Assembly (NCBI GenBank): GCA_051294375.1
Contig: CM119265.1
Span: forward strand, 14,269,221 to 14,333,220
From: Paraspadella gotoi
Lineage: Eukaryota; Animalia; Chaetognatha
Reading direction: 5' to 3'
Length of the DNA stretch: 64,000 nucleotides
The notes beneath the pieces are model-generated. The model was given only the letters and a program-made list of their open reading frames with translations, was not told the origin of the DNA and did not search any database. The translations under genes were made by a program, and so were the position numbers. The stretch's first letter is position 1; each line of letters opens with the position of its first letter. Below are positions 52,382 through 64,000 of this stretch, one piece after another.

Positions 52382-54330
52382 TTGAGAGAGATTAGTGGTC
52401 AGTCAGAGGATGACGAACGAAAGAAGGCGCAGACAAAATGGCTCGTCAACAAGTCTGATTATACCCTAATGCCCGATGAAGATAATGTATTACGCAAGGT
52501 TTATCTTCATTCCAACACTTTAAATATTCCTATTGTTGACCTCATTTGTCGTATAGAGTCAGGAGCTAAGCTCCTCGAGCCAAAAACCCGAAGCGGCGGC
52601 AACCCTTCGGGAAGGCGGGCGGCGCGGTTGCTCAACGCCAAACGGCACCGCCCACGCCTAATGTCGGAAAGAGTGAACGAATGGCCATCGCTTCGCTCAA
52701 ACGCAATCGTAGCATCATGGTTCATCCCGCAGATAAGGGACGAGCTGGGTAGTCATGAACGCTCATGATATCAAAGACAAGTGAAAGCACATGCTGGCAG
52801 AAGGTGGCAGCCATACCAGCTCCTGCCAAAGGATCCGCCCTAGCATACAGGGCTCGGATCCAGACGGTGCAAGGAAAATACATGAATACTGTCCCGCATC
52901 AGTATTTTCATAGAGTCAACCCTGACTCAACGCAGCCGCCCCTTCGGCAGCCGAAAGTTCATAAGCCCGATTTGCCGCTGCGCCCAATCGTCTCCGCCCG
53001 TAATTCCATTTTCAATGGACATGACAAAGGAGCTGAGAAGAATTCTCACTCCTTTGTCGGTAATGAACAACCACTCTTGAACTCTATGATTCTGACAGAA
53101 AAATTGCACAAACAAAAGTGCCCGAGTACTCCATCTCTTGGTCTCGTGCGATTTGCAAAGCATGTTCCACAAATATCCCACGGACTTGGCGCTAAAATCG
53201 GCAGAGCGTCGCTGATAGAAGACTGGTCTTGCACGAGCGTACTTTCTTTATGGAGGACTATGAGGTGGAAGCTTTGTCCTCTTTTCGATCGTTGCATGGG
53301 GCAGAGTCAGTCCTCTTCTGGTATCGGAAGGCAGATGATACAATACTGGCCGTGAGAAAGACCTCATTGAGGACCTACTAACCATTTGAACAGTAAAACA
53401 TGCAAGCATCAAGTGGACATGTGAAAAAGAGGTGAATGGGTCAATTCCAATGCTCGATGTGCCTGATTTCGGTTTATCGGAAACCAACGCACACAGACCA
53501 GTACATTCCTTTGATTCTCATGCTCCCTTGAGTCATAAGCTTGCAACGGTCAGATCCCTTACCAGAAGAGCTCAGCTGATTCCGTCGACCCCCGAGCTTC
53601 AGGCCGCCGAGCTTGAGCACGTCAAAAGAGCCTTGGCGCTCAATAATTACCCTCTGTGGGCTTTCGAGAAGGCAAGGTATCGGCAGAAACCGGCTGAGGG
53701 TAGTGGCCAGCAGGGGCTACCCAAGTAACCGCTGACGTTGGCACATCCTCTACCCCCAGGAGGATGGTTGGGATCTTGCTGCCGAAGTGCAACCGCGCCA
53801 CCACAGCGCAAATGGAAGATAGGCAGAAGCGTCCCAAGAACGTGGGCCACTTGTCCCTCCCCTACCACCAGGGGATCACTGAGTCATTGGTGCGGGTGCT
53901 AGCAAAGCAGGGGATCTCCACCTCAGTGACGGCCCGCGGCTCTCTTCGTGAGCAATTGGTGAAACCCGAAAGACAAAATCCCCAGAACCGAAAACATCAG
54001 GAGCCGTCTATTGGCGGCCTGTGCAGGTGCGGGCAACCAACCCTGTGCAGCAGCATATGTGGGCAAGACAGGCAGTCTCTCTCAGACCGTTTCCAACAGC
54101 ACGTAAGACCCTACAGAGACGCTCGTGGCATATCATGTCGCTATAGCAGAGCACGCAACGCTCAGTGGTCATCAATTCAGAGAGGAAGACTGTCTCGTGC
54201 TGTCCCATGACCCAAAATGGTTCTCAAGAGGTATTAGAGAGGCGATTTACATCAAGGCCTCGAACCTTCTTTGAATCGTGATGGAGGACGATTCGACCTC
54301 CCTCCAAACTATGATTCGCTTATCAAAAAA
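52382..54330 (+). mobile_element. Decayed Penelope-like element ORF (reverse transcriptase + GIY-YIG endonuclease), frameshifted
   Basis: Fragments VHPADKG, PKVHKPDLPLRPIVS, IPMLDV, FDSHAPLSHK..VRSL..RA, ALNNYP, LPYHQGITE; GIY-YIG remnants GAVY, YVGKT, RFQQH, GIREAIYI, LNRDGG. Many indels, from decay and/or sequencing noise. Confidence 0.88.
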
Positions 54331-54957
54331 GTGGTGCAACGTCCCACACCACCTCAGCGCACAATGACTCCCCTGTTTCTACTCAACGAATCAGGCGGAG
54401 ACCTTCGGTCAATAGATGGGCATCTGATGCCTCCGAATCTTCTGCAGCAACTCGGTCTCTTTCTCTGAGGCTTGAGCGTCGTCCCAAACGACGGCTGCAG
54501 GAGGATGAAGAGGGTTCCACCGTCCCTGCAAAAGTGGCAAGAGTGGATACTCGCCCGCCTCAACGTCAGTGAGAAGAGGCCGTCGGCAGGCATATCAGGC
54601 CAGAGGACATAGGGTAGCTCTGGGTCTCTTTCCTCAGGGATCGCTGCCCGAGCCAGCAAACTTGAGATCAACCCCACTGTCCTCTCAGCCTATGACGCGC
54701 CAATGACCCGGCACCATCAGCCATGCCTTTCATCATAAGACCTGGGGGGCTTGCTCATTTGAGCTCTTTCATACATCTTATATTTCACTAAAATCTTTAC
54801 TTATCTATCCCTCTGAATTAAACTCTTATATTTCAAATTTCATTCATTTCAATTTTCAAACTTCAAAATTAATTATTGCAATTTTGTTATTAGACACAAA
54901 TCAAGTTTGTTTAATTTTATCTTTGTTTTACATTGCTCAATGTAATTACTTATTATT

Positions 54958-54998
<41 letters not shown>

Positions 54999-55108
54999 TT
55001 CACCAAATTTCATTTCTTTTCACCACTTATTCTATCTAGCCTAACTAAATCTGTCCTCTGAACTGACCACTAATCTCTCTCAATTCTTTGTTGGAAACTT
55101 TAACCTCT

Positions 55109-55154
<46 letters not shown>

Positions 55155-55193
55155 TTAACTCACAAATTGTCCCATTATTCACAACTGTCAAAA

Positions 55194-55237
55194 GCGCTGA
55201 TGAAGACTCGAAAATCTCTGAGTCGAAACATGTCTGC
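55194..55237 (+). ncRNA. Minimal type I hammerhead ribozyme in the PLE 3' pseudo-LTR
   Basis: gcg CTGATGA a GACTC-loop-GAGTC GAAAC AT GTC tgc. Stem III is the palindrome ACATGT; predicted cleavage after C55234. Confidence 0.85.
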
Positions 55238-55298
55238 AACTTATTAATAATAAAATCGTTGTAACAATTCAAATTTCCTTGTAAATCTCTATACAATA

Positions 55299-55898
55299 AG
55301 GCGTAGTAAAATATCTAAATTAACTTTAATTAAAATTCTAAAAGTGGGAACGAGCAACATTATACTAATAAACATTATGTAATAAAAAAATTATAATAAA
55401 TTTTACAATTTACGCAGTAGGCCATATTTATACTAGTACTAATCCAATAAATGTTAAAATTTCAAAACAGTTTTTTCTAAGATTTTTTGGCAGATTTGGA
55501 TTCGTCATAAAAGTTAATAAAAGAAATATAACTCTTTTTAAAAAATTCCTTCATTAAGTGGGTCAAAAATTAGAAAAAGCTATATTTTAAGCTGAAAATT
55601 AACTTTTTATATATCAAATATAGTTTTTAAATTTTTAACCCACTTAATGAAAGAATTTTCAAAAATGACTTATATTTTCTTTTATCAACTTTTGACGAGG
55701 AATTCAAATCTGCAATCAAAATTAAGAAAAGCCTATGTTAAAATTTTTTAATTTTATAAGGATAGTATATATATAAATATAGCCTAATGCAAAAATTGAA
55801 GAACATAAAATAAATTTTTTTTACAAATTAATATTTACTGATGGTATGTTGTTCATAATTGACATTTAGAATTTTTGTATGTAACTTTCACTACGCCT
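55299..55898. mobile_element. TA-flanked palindromic MITE; relatives at ~9325, ~47750-48100 and ~50430-50860
   Basis: TA|AGGCGTAGTAAAA ... TTTCACTACGCCT|TA with an internal inverted repeat. Confidence 0.6.
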
Positions 55899-58343
55899 TA
55901 CTATACAACAACGAAAAGAAAGGATATACCATGGATAGATTTTATTGAAAAAACGTAATAATTAGTAATTATATTTCTTGCTTAACTTTTTATGCTCTAT
56001 CAGAATCCATCAAAAAATTAGAACATTACAATTTTTTTTCTTTTATATAGTAATATAATAATTTTAATTAAGCTAGTACCCTCAGAAAAAAAATATTGAC
56101 AAAAAATATTTTAATACTATGCTCATGAGATTATTTTAACGCGTGATACATTATTATTTAAATTTTATTATCTGCTATGGCTACTATAATCCGACTCTAT
56201 AATAGCCGGAACAGGTTGAAAACTAGTTCTCTCAAATAAATAATGGTTAAGTGACTATTAAAGATATGTAAAATAAAAATAATTTGAAAATTTATCTTAT
56301 TGATTAGTCACGAAGCGTTTAAAGATTATTTTATTACTATAATATTTTTTTTAATTTTTAATTTTTTTTTAAATAGATTCTGATAGCTTAGATAAAGGTT
56401 ATTAATAAACTTTTTAAATTTTTTGTTTTATTGATAAAAATTTTAAAAAACTATCAAATTCAGCTAATGATGATGATGATTTTTTAACGTTTTTTCTATT
56501 TTTTACCAATTTATTGTCAAATTTAAAAAATTTAGTACTAATTTATTTAACTTTTCAAGCTCTATAAAAATCCGTTCTTAAAAAATATAATTTTTGAGAG
56601 AACTAGAAGTTATAAAAAGTGTTCAATTTTGGCCCGCCTTACTCTATAATCCACTTTTTCCGTCTGTCGGTCCGACCTCAAAATCTTGTCGGTAAATAAT
56701 TAATCATATCAGAACATCGTATTATGATAAATTATGCAAAAAAAATGTCCGTCCGTTCGTCTGTCCGTTCATCCCCCTAGCATTAATCTCCAATTACTCC
56801 TGATTGGATGGATGATTGTAGATCAATTGATTTATAGATTTTTTCATAGATTTATTAAGAAGTCTGTTATGATTTGTTATATGATTTGGTATAATGATAA
56901 TCTGTTAAGATCACAAATTGAAAGTCAGAAGAATTATCATCGGATAAGCTGATTACTACCACTTAATTATTGTAGGCAGATCCGACGTTGTTTGCTCAAA
57001 CTTGTTGTTTCAATTCTCTACTGTTCCCGAGCTTGAACTTCGTGCTTCCCTCTTCGGCTCGGGATTTCCTTCTCTTTTCTGCGTCGAGAAAATTCGACTT
57101 GAGTCGTAATCCTGCTCTGTGCTCACGTCATCCTGGCCACTTGGTTTCGCAAGCTTTTTATTATAAACTATTGCGTGATATTAAAATTAATTGAATTAGA
57201 TTTTACATTTATCTTTTTTTATTTTTTAAACCGAGAAAAACATTTTTTGTTATTCAAGAAAATATTTTTTTTTATCGTAAGCGAACTAAGGACTATGCAG
57301 TACAAATTTTTTAAGGAAGATTAATATATATTCATTAATAACTTTTCAACCAAAAAACGTAGAAAGTTGCGAGGACATAAATTAAAGCTCTCTTTACTGA
57401 TATCAATAGACATATAGATGTTTGAATTGAGTCTTTATTTGCAAAATTATCACAAAAGTTATCAAATTTTATCAAAAATTAACTTACCAACTTCAAACGG
57501 AATTTAAAAAAAAACTAAGTTTAAAAAAGTTTTGCCACACGCGAGGCTCTTCTCCTGACAGTAAAGTTTCTGATTTTTATCATTCCAGAGATGGGATATT
57601 TCCATTTTTTTTCCTCCTATCAAATAACCCGAGGTTAATAATTACGTGTTTATTAAATTTTATTAATTAAGCATTTTTTCGATTTCACTGTTATTTCAAG
57701 AGATGAATTTAAAAAAGAGAATTACTCGAAATTCAGAAATGCTAATTGATCGTTAATGCGCTACTTTTATTATAGTTTCGAAGTCATTCTTCAATATTTT
57801 GTTTTCAAATTGCCTTCGTCAGGATGGTAAACTTTTTGTTTCTTTTCGTCAACATTAGAAAGTACAATGAGGCATAGCTTTAAAACATCTGTACAAAAAA
57901 AACATTGGATAAAATATTTCATCCTGTTCTGCGCGACCCTTTTAATAAAGCATAAAAAAATTATTTTGCACCATACGTTGGAAATACAAAGAAAAAAAAT
58001 ATCTGCAAAAAAAATATACGATGGACAACCAAGAACCCTCGTTCTGTTTTCGTTAAATTTCTTCGAAAGACTGAAACCTATCCATTTTTTCTCATCTCTT
58101 ATAAAAAACATTTCTTGTAAAAGAATTGCAAGCTGTAACTGTATAAGGACTCATATATTTCGTTAGTGGATTTCTTCACTCCAAGTTCGATCGATTATCG
58201 TTACGCCATCTACCCTCGACATCCATCATCTGACAAAAAGAAAAGCTTTTTAGATATTCTGCCCAAGTTAATTCTTTGTTGGAAGGTTGTAGGGGAGGGA
58301 ACTCCCAGCAAAAACGAAAGACGTTAGAGTCCCAGTCACCACT

Positions 58344-61044
58344 ATGGCCTTCGTATTTCCCGTCGTCTCCAATCGGCGTCCATCGCAGCGCCGGTCCGAT
58401 GAATTGTTCGCACTGTTTGGGAAGGAGAATGTGCGCGGCATGGACGATTATTTCATTAAGGATTTGTGCAACGAAATTTCCGGAATTAATGAGAAAATGA
58501 AGTAAGTAATCTCTACCTGTTGGAAAAGGCTCTCTGACATCAGCGTTAGCGGTTGTTATGGGCTAACTCCATAACTCTGTCCCCCGACGTCCCGGGTTCT
58601 ATCCCTAGTTATAGCGGTTATTACTTTGTTACTTTGTAAACGGACCAATGCAATGGCCCTGTATTAGATTTGCCTAAATATGGCAGTTTAACTTTTTTCT
58701 ATAATCCAGGTACGAAGGCAACCGTTTGGCTAGTTTTCTTAACTGGCCATTTACGGTTTCTGTTTATCCCACTCAATTCGCTAAAGCGGGGTTTTATTAT
58801 ACTGGAAATAACACAGAAGTCGTCTGTTTTGCATGCGAAGGGAGAATTAAAGATTGGAAGGTAAGCTTGACGAAATATTTAATACTAAAAGTCTAAATAC
58901 AATACATACTCCAGCTAACTTTTACATTCGCCGACCGGGATTTTGCGGTGTAAGAGGAGAAGCAGGATCTTCTGTTGAGCTTGTAGTCAAGAATCCGGGA
59001 TAAGTCGCGCAACAAGGCCGACCAAATTCCAAGCAGCGACTAAGCCTTTGCTTCGTGGGAAAGCTGGGTCGAAGATCACGGATAAAATATTTTTGTGAAA
59101 GGAACAATGTAGCTTCACAGTCAAGCTGAACCAATGGCTATCATAACAGCGTGACTGCAGCGGCTGTCCATCTTCTCTCAATCTTTTTTTCTTTTTCTCT
59201 CTTTTTTTCTTTTTCTCTCTCTAATAATAATATGACTTTTATAAAAAGTTAGATAATAAATATATATATAAAATATAAATGTCATAAAAAAATTTCAATG
59301 TCTTCAGCGTCAAAAATGAAAAAAAATGTTAAAAATCTCTACTTTTTCATGTTTTGTAGTAGGAACTATTATATGATCAAACATTTTGGTTATTTTTTGC
59401 AGCTTTAACCTAAAAAAATCATAAAACATATTTTACAAAAGGTTTTGTTTTTTCTGGCAAATCCGAAACTTAAAACTGAAAAAAATATAATTTTATGATT
59501 TTATAAGGATATTACTATAAAGAAAATTTAATTTATGATACTGTTATAAAATTTTTTTGAAAAAGGGCCGAATTATTTTTTATTTTATGTACAAAGGCAA
59601 CAAAAAATATGGTTCCATCTGTATAATTTAACTCCGAGGAGCAGACACAGAGACATGAAACGTTTAAACTTAATCCTATGACAACAGCCGGGTCGCCTGT
59701 GATGCCCATTGGGATGGGGCATCTCACTGTTAGCTTTGGGGGCTTCCGACCCTCAGTGACGCCTCCAGTCACTGGCGCGGTTACCCTAGGACGGTCTCGC
59801 TTTGCCAACGCAGAGGGAAGTCATTAGGACTGTGGATGGAAGACGACGCCAGTACGCCTGGGATGGTGTGTTCCCCCTCTGAGCCAATAGATTTGGCTGA
59901 AGAATGGTGGACGTGAGGCGGTGTGAATATACCGCCACAATCCCATTATTATGAATTCGAACGTCCTCTTCAGAATGGAGATCAGCCGTTACAAAAGCAC
60001 ATAAGGACATTTCCGACCTGCGCTTTTGTCTGCGGCAATGTCCCTGGGGTCAATTTGCTCGCGCCTCGTGTGGACGAAGAGGAGTTTCCTGATCTCGCCC
60101 GCCTTGACCGTAAAGTCGATGAACTTGCGAAGCAGGTAGTTTTTATTAAGCTGCCGTTAGAATTGAAAATACTTATAAGTCATTTCTTCGTATTTCAGTA
60201 ATGTTTTTTTAACAGATAGAAGAAACGAACATCTTTCTTTCAACTCGTCGATCTTCGGAAAATACGAACATGACGGCGTCGACGACGCCCGGCCAAGTAC
60301 TAACGAGAACATGGGCACAAAGCGCGGGGGGTGCCTCACAGAACATGAGACTGTCACAGGTGGTTGACTGTGCTAATTTTTGTTTAGTGATAATATGACT
60401 AATCCTTGTTTCTTTTCTCAGGGCGTTGTTGGTCTCCGGGATAAAAACGAACGTATGAAAACGTTTGTTGGAAATTGGAGCGATGCGTGGCCCATAACCC
60501 CTCGCGCTCTGGCGGATGCTGGTTTTTACTACTGCGGTGTGTGGAAAATCGATCTATTCAAGTCAATTCGTGTTACTTTCGATAACCAAATCTAAAATAT
60601 TCAAAATCAATTCTGAATAAATTGACAGGTCCCGAAGACTTGGTGCAATGCCCTTGGTGCTTTGGCAAACTCCAAGGGTGGGAACGGAATGACGATCCAC
60701 TGGTTGAGCATGCGCGCCACTTCCCTTCTTGTCCTAAATTCGGCAACAGAAAGGCCGTCACCGCCAGTTCGCTAAATATACACAATTCACAAGGTAAGTT
60801 TCCATCTTAAATGACAAACTTATTGACCACAATCTTCTTCACAGAGTTTTTTCTTTCACACTATCATCAGGTGATTCTAATTCTGGCGAGTTTACTGAAG
60901 ATGAGCTGGGAATTTTGACAGTTCGTCCCTGTAATCCTCAATATGCAATCGAAGCAACTCGTCTTCAGTCGTTCAGAAACAAATGGCGTGGGAATCCTTG
61001 TCAAACTCCCGAAAATCTTTCTTCTGCCGGTTTCTTCTTTATTG
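58344..61044 (+). CDS. Inhibitor of apoptosis (IAP/BIRC) with at least three BIR domains; partial. Exons: 58344-58501, 58710-58860, 59974-60135, 60216-60359, 60422-60536, 60629-60793, 60871-61044
   Basis: BIR1: RLASFLNWP..FAKAGFYYTG..VVCFAC..DW|..H..FPTC. BIR2: RMKTF..W..LADAGFYYCG|..VQCPWC..W..DDPLVEHARHFPSC. Start of BIR3: RLQSF..LSSAGFFFIG. GT-AG introns are in frame. Confidence 0.92.
59677..59939 (-). mobile_element. Family B solo LTR in IAP intron 2
   Basis: Same ends as 32209-32450; TSD ATCC at 59673-59676 and 59940-59943. Confidence 0.82.
59729..59809 (-). ncRNA. Twister ribozyme, type P5, family B (intact)
   Basis: Minus strand: P5 GTTGGC/GCTAAC; GCGA GA CCG [TCCTAGGG] T^AA CCGC GC C; P3 AGTGAC/GTCACT; G AGGG TCGGAAGC CCCC. 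T1 is CGG:CCG. Confidence 0.82.
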
Positions 61045-61641
61045 GTAAAGTATTGTTTTGAGTAAGCAATACAAATTACACATCCAGTAAGAGGGATGGG
61101 GCGTATATACTACGTTTAACCCACCAAGGGTTGATTAAAATTTACATTTTGATTTTAATCTTCTTACGGAAGTGCACTCGGAAGTGTACTCGGGGAGCAA
61201 CTCTTATAAGACACTTGGGTGTCGGTCGTTATGTCCATCGTGCTGTTCAACTTACGTTATAAAAATTCTTAATTTGGGTAATATATCAATTAAGTTTATT
61301 TTTCGTATGAAGTTTGGTACTATAAGACTTTTAATGTGCATATGTATCATATATAGGATAAAAAAAGTGATTACATAATACATATATAGAATTTTAATAT
61401 GGCATAATTTATGGAATACTGAATAATTTTAGTTAATATTTGGCAGATTGGTAAAAAATAAATAAATGCTTTTGTTCATATATTTTATATTTGTTTAGTA
61501 ACTTTCCGAATTAGAATTATGGTTATATTTAAAATAGTTATTTTAAAGTTTTAAAATCATTAAACATTGTGTTTTTTCCTTTCTGTTTCGTTGTGATTTG
61601 ATTTAGAACAAAGTTTGAAGAGAGATTTTTATTTCATAGTG

Positions 61642-61685
61642 AAACGGACATGTTTCGACTCACATACGAGTCTTCTTCAGCGCCT
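61642..61685 (-). ncRNA. Minimal hammerhead ribozyme (PLE pLTR type)
   Basis: Minus strand reads aggcg CTGAAGA a GACTC gtatgt GAGTC GAAAC AT GTC cgttt; stems I and II pair. Confidence 0.8.
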
Positions 61686-63082
61686 ATTCAATTTGTGAAT
61701 TTGAAGAGAATTTTGTACATAAAGAATTTAAAAATCGTTGTTAAATCTCTCTTCAAACTTTGTTCTAAAATCATTAAAGAATAAGAGACGGAATTGCAAT
61801 GCAGTAAATATCAAACGTTTATTATACATATGAAAAAAAATTACTGTGACGCAACACACTGGAATTACCGTTATTGTTTTTTTAAAGCTTATGAAAATCA
61901 AACATCCTCGGATAATACGCCTCTCTTTGAAAACAAACACACTTCCGTTTCCTTGCCAGTCCAAAGTCTGGAGCTGGATGCTATTAATTTTATAAAAAAA
62001 TGATCTCTCTTCACGTATTTTAACGCTTTTGCGCATAAGTGGCGTAGTCGTCGTCGTCGGCGGCGTTCCAACTTATCGATCGCCTTTTTGATGATTAAAT
62101 GTGGGTGTATGAAGCTGAAAATTTATATACAGCTCATCATCGAGGTCCATGAAATTGGGTGAGGACAGTTATTAAATATGTTTTGTTTACGTTTTATCAA
62201 AACAAACTAATTTCCTCTATTATTTTTATGTTTCCTTCTCTCTCTCTCTTTTCTCTTTTAATTATATGTAGCTCTCTCTCTTTTTCCCCAGGCTGATTCA
62301 TCGAAAAAAAAAAAAAGAGTCTGCAGGTGGTTCTGCAGGGGCTTTCTTTCTTTTTCTCTCTTTTCTCCTGCTGCTTCTGATTTCCTTTTTTTTCTGGCTG
62401 CCTCTGCTGCGGCCGCTGCTGATTCGTCCGAAAACGATTTGGCTTCTCTCTCTACTTCTGCGTTTTTATTTAAAAATTTGAGCAAACAATGTCGGATCTG
62501 CCTACGTTAATATATTAATTAATTAATTAATAGAATTAAAATTAATTTTTTTAATAATTAATATAAATTATATTCAGCTTGTCATCATCGATGTCCTTAA
62601 AATTGAGTCAGGACAGTTATTAAATGTTTTGTTTACATTTTATCAAACAAACAAATGTCCTCTATTATCGAGCCAGGCGGAAAGCCCGTCCTGGCTAGAT
62701 TTTGATTCGGTTTAGCTTTCGGTCACGCTTTTTTGCAATCATGGCTTCTGAAAGTGTGATATCATAGGGAGTTGAAATTTCATATATGGCTTCTATCATC
62801 AAGATCTTTAAAAATTCTCATGTTTCATATCAATATTCGTATTTGTTTATGTTTTATTTACAAACAAAAACGTTTTAATTATATGTCGCTCTCGTCTCTC
62901 TCTTTCTTTTAAATATATGTCGCTCTCTCTCTCTTTTCTCCGTCACTGCTTCTTCTGATTTGTCTAAAAACGAGTTCCGGCTCTGCAGCGTCTGTCCAGT
63001 CTCTTCTCTCTCTCTTTCTTTTTTTTTTTTTTTTTTACAAAAAAATTTTTAATATAATGTGGGCTCACTAATGTAAAAACGA

Positions 63083-63155
63083 TGCCGCGAACAGGGTGCG
63101 AACCCGGGTCCTTTGGGTAGAGAAGAGCTCACGCTACGTCCGGCGCCATAGGTAC
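63083..63155 (-). mobile_element. tRNA-derived SINE head or tRNA pseudogene
   Basis: Minus strand has an A-box-like TGGCGCCGGACG and a B box GGTTCGCACC; no intact cloverleaf. Confidence 0.5.
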
Positions 63156-64000
63156 TGCTGATTCTTTAACGAGTAAAGGGGCTGTAGAGCTTCTCCTCTC
63201 TCTTTTTATATATATTATATCGCTCTTTCTCTCTCTCTTTTTCTCTGCAGCGGCTCGTCTCTCTCTCTCTCTTTCTTCTTTCTCTCTTCTCTCTCTCTCT
63301 GTCTCTCTGTGTGTGTCTGTCTCTCTGTCCGATCTCTTGCGTGATCGTTTGTTTTTTGAAAATTCTGATTATATTTTTTTCCTTCTAAAAACTTTATTAT
63401 TGCCATTTATTCCGCGCTTTTTTTCAATACAAATCCCATATTTTTCATCCGAGATTTTCGTGGATTTATTCTCTTTCTTTCTCTCTCTCTTTCTTTCCTC
63501 TCTCTTCTCTCTCTCTCTCTTCTCTTTCACTCTACACGCATTTGTTTGTTTTATTGACTATAATCGCATCAATGAATGACAATCATCGCATCAGTGAATG
63601 AATATCATCACAGCAGTGAATGACTATCATCGCATCTTTGTATTTTGATCAATGTTATCTATTACATCAATCAATTAGTATTACCTCAATCAACTACTAT
63701 TACATCAATAATTCGTTATCGCATCATGCGACGCATGATTCATTCGTTTTTTTCCCGGGTTTTTTCATTAATTTTCTTTGATAGTGGGCTCTGGCTCGAT
63801 CTTGAGTCTTTTAAGATTTTTTTATTTTATGTCTCCTTCTCTCTCTCTCACTCTCTCTCTTTCTCTCTCACTCTCACTCTCTCTTTCTCTCTCTCTCTCT
63901 CTCTTTTTATGCAATAGCGACGATCCTTATGCTTTTAAGATTTTTTTTAACTTGCAATCTTTTTTTCAACTTGCATCATTTTTTCAACTTGCATTCCGTC

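Overview
AT-rich, intron-containing invertebrate animal genomic DNA from a draft assembly, with N gaps and a noisy, probably gap-filled stretch at about 41.5-55 kb. Genes on the minus strand form a tight cluster: POLR1B/RPA2, then SPO11, then an inositol polyphosphate kinase-like gene, with only 100-150 bp spacers. A coiled-coil gene is nested antisense in the last POLR1B intron. The plus strand carries a very large C2H2 zinc-finger gene with a 7.26-kb exon and a three-BIR IAP gene. Mobile elements include a decayed Penelope-like element (RT + GIY-YIG) with minimal hammerhead ribozymes, Helentron-type HINEs, MITEs and a tRNA-derived SINE head. The main discovery is five small GC-rich repeat families (A-E), dissimilar outside the ribozyme, that each carry a type-P5 twister ribozyme with covarying pseudoknots and a P1 reduced to a palindrome. 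Families A, C and D are tiny non-coding LTR elements: LTR with twister, tRNA-Trp-like PBS, 120-185 nt internal region, PPT, second LTR with twister. Families A and B show 4-bp TSDs and solo LTRs. They look like animal 'twister LTR-retrozymes' that may cleave as dimers and produce 400-445 nt circular RNAs. All structures were read by eye; no searches or folding programs were run.
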